This document shows positions 32,524 through 46,500 of a DNA stretch of 64,000 nt, one piece after another (the stretch's first letter is position 1; each line of letters begins with the position of its first letter). Both the position numbers and the translations under genes were made by a program. A model generated the notes under the pieces. That model saw only the letters and a program-made list of their open reading frames with translations, did no database searches and had not been told where the DNA came from. Source of the stretch: Macrostomum lignano (taxonomy: Eukaryota); the NCBI GenBank assembly GCA_002269645.1, contig NIVC01001478.1, forward strand, positions 1-64,000. Reading direction: 5' to 3'.

Positions 32524-32918
32524 GTAGCACAACAATTGCCTGCACACAAGTGCCTGCATGACAATTGCCTGCATAATAACTGCCTGAATGACAACTGCCT
32601 GCATGACACCTGCCTGAATGACAATTGTTTGCATGATACCTGCTTGAATGACAACTGCTTGCAATGACAATAGACTGCTGAGACAACTGTGCAACAAATG
32701 CCTGTGGCAATAACTTTGTGTGTGTGTGTGTGTGTGTGTTCCCTATTGCTTTTGTTCAAGTTAATAACTAAATAAACCAATGTACTGTAGTAGTAACAAA
32801 TAGTTTCTGTTGATTTAGAATTGTGTAGTCAGTTGTTGCATAGGCAGTTGTTGTGCAGGCAGTTGTCATGCAGGCAGTTATAGTGCAGGCAGTTGTGTAC
32901 AGGCAATTGTTGTGCTAC
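32524..32918. mobile_element. Foldback/MITE-like element with inverted 15-bp subterminal repeats
   Basis: Terminal GTAGCACAACAATTGCCTG and CAGGCAATTGTTGTGCTAC. Tandem ACAACTGCCTGCATG on the left and its reverse complement on the right, with (GT)n in the middle. No clear TSD. Confidence 0.6.
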
Positions 32919-33863
32919 TAGTTATACAAGATTATCATAGATTATTAATATTTTAGAAAAAAAATAATTTACAAATTTATAATAGCAACTCTCTTTTTCA
33001 TATTAATTCTAATATCTTGTAAAACAGACAATAGATGCAAGAATTATAAACAGAAATGTAGCACAGACTTTGCCATTGACTTATAGTTTTTCAACAAGCT
33101 AGTAGAAAGTAGTGAAAGTACTTTTGCTTGAGTGCACTCAGAATTCTTTGTTAGGCTACTGTGACAAAGAGATATCTATGGAAAAACTTGAGAATCATAA
33201 AACTTTTGAAGCAGCAGAATTTTGCACTGGGCTTTAGCTTCATTGCTTTTTGTTGCCTCTTTGCTGCACAAAAAATCATGGATGTGCATTCAAGTGTTGC
33301 TTAGAGAAGTATCATTTATACCCTTTAGGGGGATAGGGCACAATGCAGCCAAGATTTATGGGCAACTTTTATTGGCTCATTGGTCTAGCACAGTCATTTA
33401 CCACAATTATTTCATACATTTATTGCAGCCAGTTACTCATTTGTGTGTTGCTCCTTCCCAAGTTCTTTAAGATGTTCCTAAGTTAGACCTTGCTGCTCCG
33501 GAAGTAGCTAGATAGTACCATTGTACTACCTATCGATTTGCCTGAAATTGAACCTAAAACGTTAGCCTTTACTTGGTAGGGTTGCTGCCACCTTGGTGTG
33601 CAAACTCGAGGCGTCGCAGAGTTGTCTATCCATCACCTGAAATAAAATAACAAAGTTGCTCGTAGCAAAGGCAAATCTGGAAATGTCTGGACAGTCGATC
33701 GTCTTAGTGGAATGCTGCTCAAACCTGAAAACCTAAAAAACCTGAAATGAGAGGAGAGCTTGGAGGCAAAGAGGCAGCTCCAGTTGAACCCAGGCTGGAC
33801 GACACGATCTGGAGAAAAATGGCTTGCAGATGCTCTATATTTATAGCCAAGTAGACCCCCAAA

Positions 33864-34786
33864 TAGGGGGCGACCCAGTCCCGGGCCCGGGCCCAAAAAG
33901 TCAGGAATCCCGACCAAAATCGTGGCCTGACCCAGGCCTAGGCCCAACCCTAAAAAAGTCGGGAAATCGGGACGTCTTTTTTCCCTAAAGGCACTAACTG
34001 CGTGCAAATAAGAATAAAATTATTTTTCAACACATTCACACTAATTTACCTTTAATTCCAGCCTTGTCTTGTCTTGTTGTCTTACTGAATACTGACTGTG
34101 TACATGGCTCTTTATATTGAAGCTATGTAAAGGAACTAAAAATTCAAATAAAAGAATCAATCAATTGATTTGGTTCTTACTTCCTTACTGCTTCCAATGC
34201 CAAGTGCCTTACACTTAATGTTTCAGCTTTTCTTCTTTTTGCTTACTGCCACTACCAGTGCCAGCCGCACTGCCGCAGTGCCTGCTTGCCTACCTCACTG
34301 CCTATTAGTGTCACTGTCACTGGCACACATATAGTACTTATGCCACATAGTGACATTGAATTTGAACTATTGAGTATATTGATATTTTGAGTATTAAGTC
34401 TTTTAATGTAACTCTAATCTATTCTGAAGTCTTAACTAATGTATTAAATAATAATAATATTTATTATATATATATTATATTTAATATATTTATATATTAT
34501 TATATATTTAATATATTATATATTATTATATATTTAATATATTTATATATTATAATATATTTAATGTTTATCATATATTTATTATATATATATTATATAT
34601 ATATTATACATGTATATTTAATAGTAATCAGCATATGCTAAAAGTATTAAGATTTATTATGATTTTTTTCCAATTATTGAGCTGTCCTAAAGATCTTGTC
34701 CCAAATTCCCAAGGCCCGATCCGGGCCCGAGTCCTCATTCCCGGGCCTGACCTGGGCCCGACTTTGGCCATCCTGGTCACCCCCTA
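33864..34786 (-). mobile_element. hAT-like non-autonomous element, copy B (inverted relative to copy A)
   Basis: TAGGGGGCGACC..GGTCACCCCCTA termini; flanks CCCCCAAA and CCCCAAAA (7/8). Both ends are reverse complements of the ends of copy A. Confidence 0.78.
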
Positions 34787-34993
34787 CCCCAAAAGTCACG
34801 TGAGTTTCATGTGGTGAGCGCGTGAAACTTCCTTATTTGGTCATCAGGATCATGCGAGCAACGCATGATCCAAGGCTAACTTCTAAATAAGGCAAGCCTG
34901 TCAGGCAGCAGTGGCGTGACTCAATGTCAGTGGCCACACACAGTGTGCATGCACAGTCATGTGCTTTTCTGTGCTAAAAATAGAACTTGGGCA

Positions 34994-35130
34994 GATGAGT
35001 CATCATGTTTACTCCCTCTAGGCAGCCATTACACTCCGCGTAGGTGATGAGTCATCCTGCTACAGCTCCTCAGCGTGGGAGGGGAAGACATTGAGTGTGG
35101 CTGCCACACCCGCTCAGGCGATGAGTCATC
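34994..35130. promoter_or_regulatory. Cluster of three AP-1/bZIP-type sites upstream of CHID1
   Basis: Exact GATGAGTCATC at 34994, 35046 and 35120; also TGACTCA at 34917 and an E-box GTCACGTGAG at 34795. Function is inferred only. Confidence 0.4.
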
Positions 35131-35922
35131 GGACGGTAAACACTTAGGCCCAGCACAGGGTAACTCTCTCACTAAATCAGGTGGACTGAGCCACTGTGCA
35201 GCGTATCACAGTGCCCTTAGGAAAGCTAGTGAATGCTGTTGAATAGCCAGTTAGCAGCCAGTCACTACATTTTGTCTACTTCCACTTCAAAATTTTGCTA
35301 ACTTATTGACTTACCCTACACCTTTACCTTATGGTCAAACTCCTGCTACATTTTTTCATAACTTTTGTTTCCTTTGTCTGTTTTTAAAAATGTTTAAAGT
35401 TATTATGAAGAAGAGAGTTGCTACTATAAATTTGTACATAATGATGTGATTTGGATCATCAGAACAGGTATAATGAAAAGTAATACTACTTTTGAGACAG
35501 CCCTCATAGATGAGGAAGGTGTCTGACAGAAGTGAAATTTTCTATACTATTGTGTGATATATATCAGAAAGTGCTACATGCTAAATACCATTTGCCAAGG
35601 GCTACTTTGTTGTCATATACCAAAGGCCACAATGTACCAAGCTTAATCTTATAAAAAATATTAGGTCACTTTGACAATGTGTTCAATGGCTATTTGCCAT
35701 TTAGCTTATTTTAAAAATAGTGGCTTTGTAGGAAAACTTGTATTGATTGGTGCTGGTTTCATATCCCAGCTATAAAAATCCTATGAAATGCAATGCAAAT
35801 TTACCTGGCTAATCTCTAGCTAGACAAAGGTATTAGCCTTAGTATATAAAGATTTTTTAAACATTCATAGCACTTTTAAGACTTTTAAAAGCAAATTTGC
35901 ATTTCTTTTTCTTAAAAACTTT

Positions 35923-38900
35923 ATGAAAATAAAGATGAATGCTATAGTATGCCTGATTTTAATATTAACATTAGTGCCCCAACTTGACTCAACTTTGTCA
36001 AAGACTGACAAGAAGAAAAAGAAGTCAACAGTGGATGTGGTATGAGTATTTTATTTGCATGGTTTTAAATTTGCAATAACTCATTGGTCATGGTTTAAAT
36101 GTTAAAACAAAAAATCATTCAATCTTATTGATTCAGACTGTGCCTCCAGCTGATTCACTGGTCACCCAACGCAACCTTGTTACCGAGAATCCAAGCTACA
36201 AGGACATTCTTCACAATCACTTGTCCTACTCACATGCCCACGCCAAGACTAAACTATTCCCACTGGCTACTCTGGCTTATGTAACACCTGTGAGCTCATT
36301 TGGTTATTCTATTCTGCTAAAAGTGTAAACTTTATTGTGACTTTTGGTACTAATTAACCCACAGTGGAACTCAAAAGGCTATGATCATGCAAAAACGTTT
36401 GGACCAAAGTTTTCATTTGTATCGCCTGTTTGGCTGCAGCTGAGGCCAGGAAAGTCTGAAACAGGTTTTGTCATCACTGGCGACCACGACATTGACCAGG
36501 GTGAGTCACTGCATTTCATTGATGTGACCTCCATCTGCCCTGTGTTTAGTGCATTCTGTCCTCCATCTGCCCTGTGTTTAGTGCATTCTGTCCTCCACCT
36601 GCCCTGTGTTTAGTGCATTCTGTCCTCCATCTGCCCTGTGTTTAGTGCATTCTGTCCTCCATCTGCCCTGTGTTTAGTGCATTCTGTCCTCCATCTGCCC
36701 TGTGTTTAGTGCATTCTGTCCTCCATCTGCCCTGTGTTTAGTGCATTCTGTCCTCCATCTGCCCTGTGTTTAGTGCATTCTGTCCTCCACCTGCCCTGTG
36801 TTTAGTGCATTCTGTCCTCCACCTGCCCTGTGTTTAGTGCATTCTGTCCTCCATCTGCCCTGTGTTTAGTGCATTGTGTCCTCCACCTACCCTGTGTTTA
36901 GTGCATTCTGCCCTCCATCTGCCCTGTGTTTAGTGCATTGTGTCCTCCACCTACCCTGTGTTTAGTGCATTGTGTCCTCCACCTGCCCTGTGTTTAGTGC
37001 ATTGTATCCTCCACCTGCCCTGTGTTTAGTGGATTGTGTCCTCCACCTGCCCTGTGCTTAGTGGATTGTGTCCTCCACCTGCCCGGTGTTTAGTGGATTG
37101 TATCCTCCACCTGCCCTGTGTTTAGTGAATCGTGTCTTCTATCTGTCCTGATGTTTGTTGGACTGTGTAAACCATCTGTCCTGTCCTGATGTTTAGTCGA
37201 TTTTGTCCTCCGCCTGTCCTGGATATCTTAGAACCGACGCCTTTTTACTCCATAGATATTTGCGCTTTAAAGGCAAGCTTTTGACTGCTGCTACATGTAT
37301 GTTGTTATCACAATATGTAATATACATGCATTTACTTGTCTGCTTCTTTGAAATTCGCAGGCTGGATTCGTTCTGTCAAGTCCGCCCGCAAGGTTGCCAT
37401 TGTGCCGCGCATTATTTTTGAGTCGTGGACTTCGCAAGATTTTCACCGGCTGCTAACCAATCAATACGTGGCTAACGGCTGCGCTCAGACTGTTGTGAAC
37501 TTTCTAAAGAAGTACAGCTTCGACGGCGCCGTGCTTGAGGTCTGGTCGATGCTTGGCGGCCACAGGAACAAAGAATTGGCGCATTTTGTTAGGCACCTTG
37601 CGGAAGACATGCACGAAAATGGTCAGCTACTGATTCTGGTTGTGCCGCCGCCTTTGCTGCATAAGTAAGTAATTTATTTCTAATTCAAACAAGTAACAAC
37701 TCAAACGACTGTGCGTATTAACACATGGCCGGGGTCTCCGCCTGTCGGTAGGGCGGCCGATTCCAAAGAAGCGGACACCTCGATCGACTTGGCTCATAAA
37801 TCTCGCATAACAGACAGCTGTTATGTGGGTGTCGGGTTTGCGGGGCAGCTGAACAGGTGGGTCACCGTTTAAACTTGGTACGAAGTTTAAACTGGAGCGA
37901 AAGGAGGCACTTATGCTGTCGGACGCGGAGCAGCCGGGCTTCACAGTGGAGATCCGCTTTGGATAGTTATCCGCTTATCCGCTACTATTCGCTATCCGCT
38001 TTGGAGAAACCTCAAACTGACTTTTAAGGCGTCTATTTGATGAGTTTCTTAGCGACTTGTACCGTGACACATCTTCGTTTTAGAGTCGTCTTAGAGTCAC
38101 TTCTTTGTTCTTTCCTATTTTACATGTGTTACCTTCAACGACTCTGGGGCGACGCAAAGGTGACTCTGGGACGCTTCTTGGCCTAGGTACCGTTTTAATC
38201 GGAGAAAAAATATCACTCTTACGACCCGGTGACACCGAAATTAGTTTGAGATTAATAGCCATTGCTCATCGGTCATTGAGTTCCAAGAATCGTACTGCAT
38301 TTTTTACTTTTACCTAATTTAATGTGTACGATTTTCGTGTAGCATTGAACTCAATTGAATTACGTCAACCTCACACACATTTACAGCCAAGCGTCCACTG
38401 TATTCTCCAAGACTGACTTCGACGCGTTGAGCGCCTCGGTTGACTATTTCTCATTGATGACGTACGATTTCGCTCAAAACTCTGGCCTAAACCAAGCGGC
38501 GCCCAACGCTCCCGTGACTTGGATGCGGCTCTGCGTTGAAAATCTCGTGCCGGATTCGGCTAGCCCGCTTCGGGCTAAAATCCTGCTGGGCCTTAACTTC
38601 TTCGGCTACGATTTTGTGCCTGGCAATGTTGAACCGGTGATTGGATCTAAGTACTTGGAGATACTCAAAAAGCACCGACCCGAATTGCAATGGAGCTCCG
38701 AGTATAAGGAACACTTCTTAGAGTATTCGTAAGTTTACTGCATTCTCTATTATCTAGCAGTTTGCTACATAGATGCTTTAATTGGCAAACATCCTGTCCA
38801 GTCTATGGACGGGAGACAAAATTATCTATCCCTCTCCCGTCTATAGATAATAGTTATAGTTATGATAGCTCAGTCCATAATTCAGTCCAGGAACAGGAAA

Positions 38901-40235
38901 TTCAGTCCATAAACCGGAAAACCAGTCCCATAGACAGGAAACGCTATCCATTGACCGGAAAATCCAGTCCCATAGACAGAAAATGCAGACCATAGACAGG
39001 GAATGCTATCCATTGACCGAAAAATCCAGTCCCATAGACAGAAAATGCAGACCATAGACAGGAAATGCAGATCATAGACAGGAAATGCAGACCATAGAAA
39101 GGAAATGCAGACGATAGACAGGAAATGCAGACCATAGACAGGAAATGCAGACCATAGACAGGAAATGCAGATCATAGACAGGAAATGCAGACGATAGACA
39201 GGAAATGCAGATCATAGACAGGAAATGCAGACCATAGACAGGAAATGCAGACCATAGACAGAAAATTGTCCATAGACAGGAAATGCAGACCATAGACAGG
39301 GAATGCTATCCATTGACCGGAAAATCCAGTCCCATAGACAGAAAATGCAGACCATAGACAGGGAATGCTATCCATTGACCGGAAAATCCAGTCCCATAGA
39401 CAGAAAATGCAGACCATAGACAGGAAATGCAGATCATAGACAGGGAATGCTATCCATTGACCGGAAAATCCAGTCCCATAGACAGGAAATGCAGACCATA
39501 GACAGGAAATGCAGACCATAGACAGGAAATGCAGACCATAGACAGAAAATTGTCCATAGACAGGAAATGCAGACCATAGACAGAAAATTGTCCATAGACA
39601 GGAAATGCAGACCATAGACAGGAAATGCAGACCATAGACAGGAAATGCAGACCTTAGACAGGAAATGCAGAACATAGACAGGAAATGCAGATCATAGACA
39701 GGAAATGCAGACCATAGACAGGAAATGCAGACCATAGACAGGAAATGCAGACCATAGACAGGAAATGCAGACCATAGACAGGAAATTGTCCATAGACAGG
39801 AAATGCAGACCATAGACAGGAAATTGTCCATAGACAGGAAATGCAGACCTTAGACAGGAAATGCTGACCATAGACAGGAAATGCAGACCTTAGACAGGAA
39901 ATGCTGACCATAGACAGGAAATAGTCCAGAGACACACATGCAGGTCCACAATATGGAGGAGTATTTCATTCAAACATATATTTAGCCTACAGAGAAGTGG
40001 AAAGTAAACAATAATTAATTTTCCATGCACTCCATTATCAAAATGTAAGATTCTACTCTATTAAACCTAAAAACTACGCCTTACCACTTTCAGCACTGGC
40101 ATCGGTACGCATGTACTAGCTTACCCTACTTTGGCTTCTATTCAAGCCAGGGTTGAACTTGCCAAAAGTCTTGGAACCGGCCTTTCAATCTGGGAGATTG
40201 GCCAGGGCTTGGATTATTTTTTCGACCTACTTTAA
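35923..40235 (+). CDS. CHID1: Chitinase domain-containing protein 1 (SI-CLP, GH18-like), 397 aa
   Basis: Exons 35923-36039, 36137-36289, 36365-36500, 37361-37664, 38387-38728 and 40094-40235; all GT-AG, phases 0/0/1/2/2, total 1194 nt. Signal peptide then TLSKTD; LAYVTPWNSKGYD; SPVWLQ; FDGAVLEVW; FSLMTYDF; [12 protein letters not shown]; C-terminal [32 protein letters not shown]. Confidence 0.96.
36525..37135. repeat. 32-bp intronic minisatellite
   Basis: CTGCCCTGTGTTTAGTGCATTCTGTCCTCCAT repeated about 19 times in CHID1 intron 3. Confidence 0.95.
38885..39925. repeat. 20-bp intronic minisatellite with interspersed variant units
   Basis: CATAGACAGGAAATGCAGAC units plus GGAATGCTATCCATTGACCGGAAAATCCAGTCC variants in CHID1 intron 5. 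Confidence 0.95.
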
Positions 40236-43200
40236 CTGAAATTCAACTCACTCGTGGTATCCATTTTGGACTCTGTGACTGTGTGAATACCATTTATTTG
40301 TCGTTAGTTACTTTCTTTTGCTGTTTTCATCTGCTATTTGAATTCAGTTTTTCTATCTATGCTTACTATTTGCTGATCATTACCATGCTTTCTGTTATCC
40401 TGTTATTTTTTGTCATTCTTTTCATTTATTAGGCTATTTACATAAACCCGCATAGAATTTTCATTACACGGTTCTGGCAACTAAAATCTCAGAATTGCAA
40501 TATCCGAGGTTTCGAATTCTGAACTATGCGCGTATAGATTGCTATCACTTTCTTAGTCACTACAAACTATTTATCCTACTGCCAAAAGTGTTGCATGTTT
40601 TCTTTATTGTCATGTCTTAGTTAGTTCGAATTGTGCTTCTTAAATATTTCACTGTGTTTATATGCATTCTACTATACTTATATTCCTGCAAATCTATGAA
40701 CAGCGATTGCACTAAAAACCTGGGAACGAGCATATAATAAAACCGGTTACTTTTATTCTAAATATACACTTGACACACACTTAAAATTTGTTGTTGCGCT
40801 AGTACATTTAGTCTAGCTTTCAAAGCTTCAAAACTAAAAAAATTCCCGTTTTTATTCAAAGTCAATACACTAGACTGCTGAGCGGACCCACCTTTGATCG
40901 CATCTTAATACCCTAAGTCATGTTTGTCCACACTTAACAGGGTCAATAAAATATGGCGTTAGGAATGGTGACTTTTTTTGCTTGTATTGTATTGTGACGT
41001 AATACTTGTGAATCAAATAGCTCGATTTATTTGCTACAAGGCTAATACATGTAAAAATGAAAGGATTTTTGGCTTTTAGACTCTCCCAACTGGAGTTATC
41101 TCGGTTCCAAAGTCCTAAAACGTTGCCATGGTGTTTAGTGTAACTTTAATTCTTTAATACTTATCAGCACTTCCATCGTTTGATAAACTACTGTTCAAAA
41201 GCAATCACACTAAAGACGATGTAAGTTCGCATCGTGGGTGTTCGTATTAAAGAATTAGGTATAAAAAACTATTTATAAGAAAATATCTTCAAGCAACTAC
41301 GGTTAAACAGTAGACAAGGCACAAAAACTAAATTATTATTTGTTTTATTTCCAAACTGCAATCGTTCTATAAATATTTCATAGTTTAAATAATATATTCT
41401 CAAGTCCGTTCGTGGAAACTTCTTTATTTTTAGCAATGACAGTAACTCGAGACTTGAGTAATCACAATATACTAAATAATGGCTATAGCCAATAACTGTT
41501 AAGTGTTGCAGTCTGACAGTGACAGTTATTTAGCTACAGTTGACTCCACTCAACTACACCTTCGACGAACTTGAAGAACAATGACTGGAACGATACGTGC
41601 TGAACGTGCGTCGGTGTATAAAACTGTTTTTAATCTACCTTCCTTCGTATTTGTGACTAGCATACACTTTTTGATGCTGATGTTGATTATTCTAAGGCCC
41701 AGTCATATCTTAATATCCTAGGCATAGTTGACTTAGGTAATTTGTTAATTCTAAAATAGTATAGCTATGATTCCCATAGTATTTAAATTTGAGTTTTAAG
41801 TAATTTAATTTACAGATATGTAACCCATAGTTTGGAAGGGGAACATGCTTGCTGGGATTTCCTGGCATACAACAAGGGTCTTACCATTTTTCAGCGTACA
41901 TCAGGATATATCCCAGCATAGGGCCTACATGACATAGCAGTAGCAGATAATACCTCTATAACTTTCGCCGACACATTTTCAGACAGATCTTCTGACACTT
42001 TTATGACACTTAAAATGTTGCAAAAAGTGTCAGAAAAAGTGTTGGAAGATCTGTCTGAAAATGTGTTGGCGAAAGTTATATTGGTCATTTTAAGTGTCAG
42101 AAGATCTGTCTGAAAATGTGCTGGCGAAAGTTATATAGGTTGAGATATATTGTGTCAAATAATAATTTTTTTGTATTAGTACACAAACCCAGCATACAAA
42201 TGAGGTCTCATCATTTTTTCCAGCATACACTAATACATGATCTGAACTATGGTATGTAGCCCCACAAACAAATATCCTGGCCTTGCCTTGGTAATGTCCT
42301 TATGAGATTAGTAGCCAACTTTTTGTAATATGGGCCTAGGAATAGGGTTATAACTTATACCATAGACAGATAGGCCAATGGGTTAATATGATTTCTTTAT
42401 TGCAAAAAAATAATTGCTTTGTTAATTAACTAAATCCAATAAAAATTTTACTTAAACAAAAAAATTAAATAAAAAATCATTAACAGTTAATGATTATTGG
42501 GTATAAATTGTTTAAAATCTTTAATTTGTGTTCACAAAGTTAATATCAATGCCAATGGCTCTTTTTTGCTAAATTAAATCAGTTAATTGTATAGCTGATA
42601 TAGTATATAGCTGTATAGGCCTAGTATAGCTGTCATTTTATAAGACAATATCTAAATAAAGAAAATATATTTTTATTAGAATCTAATGCTAGCAAATATT
42701 TACTTTTAATAAATAGAACTAATAACTTAGCAAATAATAACAATTTTTTATTTTCAACATGTAGCATACATGTATATATGATATATGTAGCATGGCAATC
42801 TTTCTGTTTTTTGCATTAAATTATTTTAACATGTATTATATATTCTAACATATAAGAGTATATATGGCATCAAATGCACTAGAAAAATCTAGTACAAAGG
42901 TCCTTGATAGACTTGGCATTATATATGCCTATATTGGCCTATTATATGCAATGGTAGTATTAGTAAAAGTCAGTATAAATTTTAATTATTAATATATATT
43001 TAGATTTATATTCAAAAGTATTTACTATTTAGATATCATATTGTTAGTACATGGATTGCCTTTTAAAAATCTATTCTAATATATGCCATATCATTATAGC
43101 AATAACATAGTGATGTAAACACAAAATAATTGTTAAAATATATATTTATAAAATCCATATTATTTATATAATTATATTTACATATAAAATATATATGTAA

Positions 43201-43511
43201 TAGATATTACCTAGTTAAATAATACTATATATTTATTATATGCTTTTCTTTTTTGATTAACATTTGTTATCTTGAGTAATTTTAAATTATATAAGATTTT
43301 ATAGCTTAGTATGAGCTATATCTCATATTCAAAGCTGAGTGGACTAGCTAGCTGGGTTTAATGTATATCTCCTCTTAGATATCTGCCAACTCAAATATAG
43401 GATATAAAGACAAAGAATAAAGACTTTACCATTATAAAATATAAAGTACTCTTAAATAAGATTCTTTTGATATTATTTCAGAAAATTGGAATTTTTAATA
43501 AAAAATATACA

Positions 43512-46500
43512 ATGGCAGAAAGCTACACGGAGCCATCAACCTTGCCAATTGATAGAACTGTTGACTCAATCTCAATGCTGCGGAGTCTATCATCTAGGGA
43601 ACCAAATGTTAGACAAGACACTGTTTCCCAGTGCCAGACCACATTTCGAGTGTGGTACCATGGACTTGGTTCGCCGCCTACTCAAACCGAGTCTCAGTAC
43701 TTAGACAGCTTAAGTCTCGCAGGTGGAGATCCATCATTTAGGCGAAACATTGAAGAACAGCTGCCTGAATTGTTGCGGCTGGCCAAGGCTGCACCTCTGG
43801 CTGACACTCGTGAGAAGGCAAGCGAGCTGCTCGACTTTGTCCAGGTAAAAATTTTAGCTAACGTTGTTCGGCTTTACTCGCGAACAGCTAATCCACTTAC
43901 TCGCGCACGCTGTCACTGTCACGCGGGGCGCAGAAGTTAAAGCAATGTCATTCGTGAATCGGCTGTCCCATGAGAGTCAGGCTAGTTCAATAAATCGGTT
44001 GGTGATGGTGATGGTGAGGTGATCAGCATGCCCACGAAGTGACGGCACTTTTGCATGCTCGTAGTTCCTTTACAAGTTCACGCGTTATGGATATTGAATC
44101 TCTAAAGAAGGGCTTAACTTATGTGCCCCGCGGCAGCCGACAGCGTGAGTTAAAGCGGATTTAGCTGTTTATTGGGTACTGTATGTTATTTTGCCCAATC
44201 TGTTAATTATTTTGCGCCGAATAATTTATTAACCGTGGTTTTTCTGTGCATGTCTTATCATTTGTTATTCACTTATTTACAGGCCTTCCTTAACTAATAC
44301 ATAGGCGTAAGGAGTACCAGTTTTTTTATGTGGGGGGGGGGGCGTGTCCCAAACTTTTGCTAAGAAAATCTATAGTGCTTACGGTTATCATGTATACATA
44401 CGGCTTTCATTTTTGTCTTAGTCTTATTCCACCAAGCCTTCCTTGCTGGCCTCACTGCAATATTGTTGCGTTCAATTCAGTTTGATTGGATCTGCAACTG
44501 CATGTTGTTTACAAGGCTCGGGTGCGAGTAATGATACCGCCGATACGTGTTTTTGTTTCGTAGCCTCCGTCCTATATTTGTACTTTTCACTAATTTTGCG
44601 CAATAATAATCAGAGGCCTGGGTCGGTTCGACTTTTCCTCTGATTAGTCATGCCTGTGTGTGGTCCTTGCTTTATTCGCTCATGAGGGTAGCTATTTTTA
44701 GAATCAGTTTATTTCCTACAGCAGCAGGCTCCCTGGCCTTTCCTTGCCCCAAAACTATTCAAGGCCGTCAAGTTCTCATCAACCCTCTCCCTGGCCCGGC
44801 CTGTCGTTTTTTTCCAAAAACACTAAATGCACGTACGCACTTAATACTGGTGGGGCGACCACACCCGAAGGCCGTACAGTGTGCATACTCGGGCGCTGAT
44901 TGGTCCCTCGCGGACACACCCCCGGCTAATTAAATGTCCTTTTCTTATTATACGTTTCACCACTTTAATATTTATCTTAAGCTGTGTTTCAGCAGTCTAA
45001 TAGTGGTGAGATCCAGAATTTCAAGTTCAACCTTCTACCCCACGTGTAACCTACGTACGTACCCTGTTGCCTAAATACATTGCCCTAGACTTTACTTATA
45101 TACGCAAGTGTTTATTACTATTCTCTCTCAGTGCCATCATCATTATTTATATTATCCAACCAAACTATTACCTAGTAAGTGAACCGACGTAATTAACTTC
45201 GCTGTTTTATTGCATACATTAATTACTGTATTATAGCTCATATTATATTATCTATATGTACAAGTAAAATTGGGTACAACTCACTATATTGTGTGACGTT
45301 TTAGCTATGCTATATTTAACTTAGTAATCAACAACTTTGATGGGGTGAATTATATCCTACCCTAGTAATGCAGTAAATTAATAATTAGTTATTTCCGTTA
45401 TATACAGTGGAAAATTATTGCATGTATTTGTACTTTCTAAAATCTGTACACGAGTTGTCTCTTTAAAGTTGAACTTCGAGCTAAAGTAGTAAATAAGAAA
45501 GTTTTCCTAAGATAGTCAGTCTAGCTCCTCTAGTCAGTCCTGTCTGCTAACTAAGCATTTGAATTTTTCGTTAGCTACATTCATTGTATCGCCTTTTGTC
45601 TGTTCACGTTTTCTATTCCTATATTGATGCACCACTAGACTCGACTCGATGCTAGCTAGACTCGACTAGCCAAATCCGTCTGCCTTTCTTTAATGGATTT
45701 TTAGTTTGCACTGTACTTTTGTGTGTTATGTTTGTATATAGGCTTACATGTAGCTATATACACCATATGCAGCCTTAGGGTAGGGACTAGGGTTTGGCAT
45801 TGTATTTCCGTCTCGGTAGTACCACGGAAAAGAAACTTTATGCCTATGGTAAAAAGGCTTTAAGAGCGAAGAGTAGAGAGAGAGAAGGGGGTTAGACCCT
45901 GGAGTGAAGAATGAGTAAATTATTTCAGCTATGTAAGGGCAGAGTCGGATCAGAACTTATAATAGACACTTCTGGTCTATATAGGACTCTACTAGGGCTA
46001 GGACTAAGAGTTATGGAAGCTGACTGAACTAAAGTCAGTAGGAGTGAAAGTTTGTAGATTATAGAAGGCTTAGTCCTGGCTGGGGCAGAGAGGTATAATA
46101 TAAACTAAGCCGGCTTGCACAGTCTATAATGTTGTTTATAGAGAATTAAAAGTACAAGTAGCGGAGCCAGTAACTTTGTTTTTTTATACTTGCGTCAACT
46201 TAAAGAGATTAAAAAAGCGGGAGAGGAACAGGATGGGTTGGCTAAAATTGTTAGTTTAATTGAAGCTGAATGCATCTAGCATGATGTGCACTGTTTATGT
46301 ACAGTGATTATCCCCATTCTATAATCCCAGCACCAGGCTATTCCTATCCTAAACAAATCCACTAATGTTGTTTTGTCACGAATTGCTACAATGTCAAATC
46401 CAGAGGGGGTCAAGAGAGATGGTCCACTGACCCTCGAGTTAAAAATTCTAAATCCTATACATATGATAGTACGTATATACACAGTATTATAGCTGAAAAA

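Noticed and set aside
38882-39935. Cys-rich hydrophobic minus-strand ORFs
   Set aside because: Translations of the 20-bp intronic minisatellite of CHID1.
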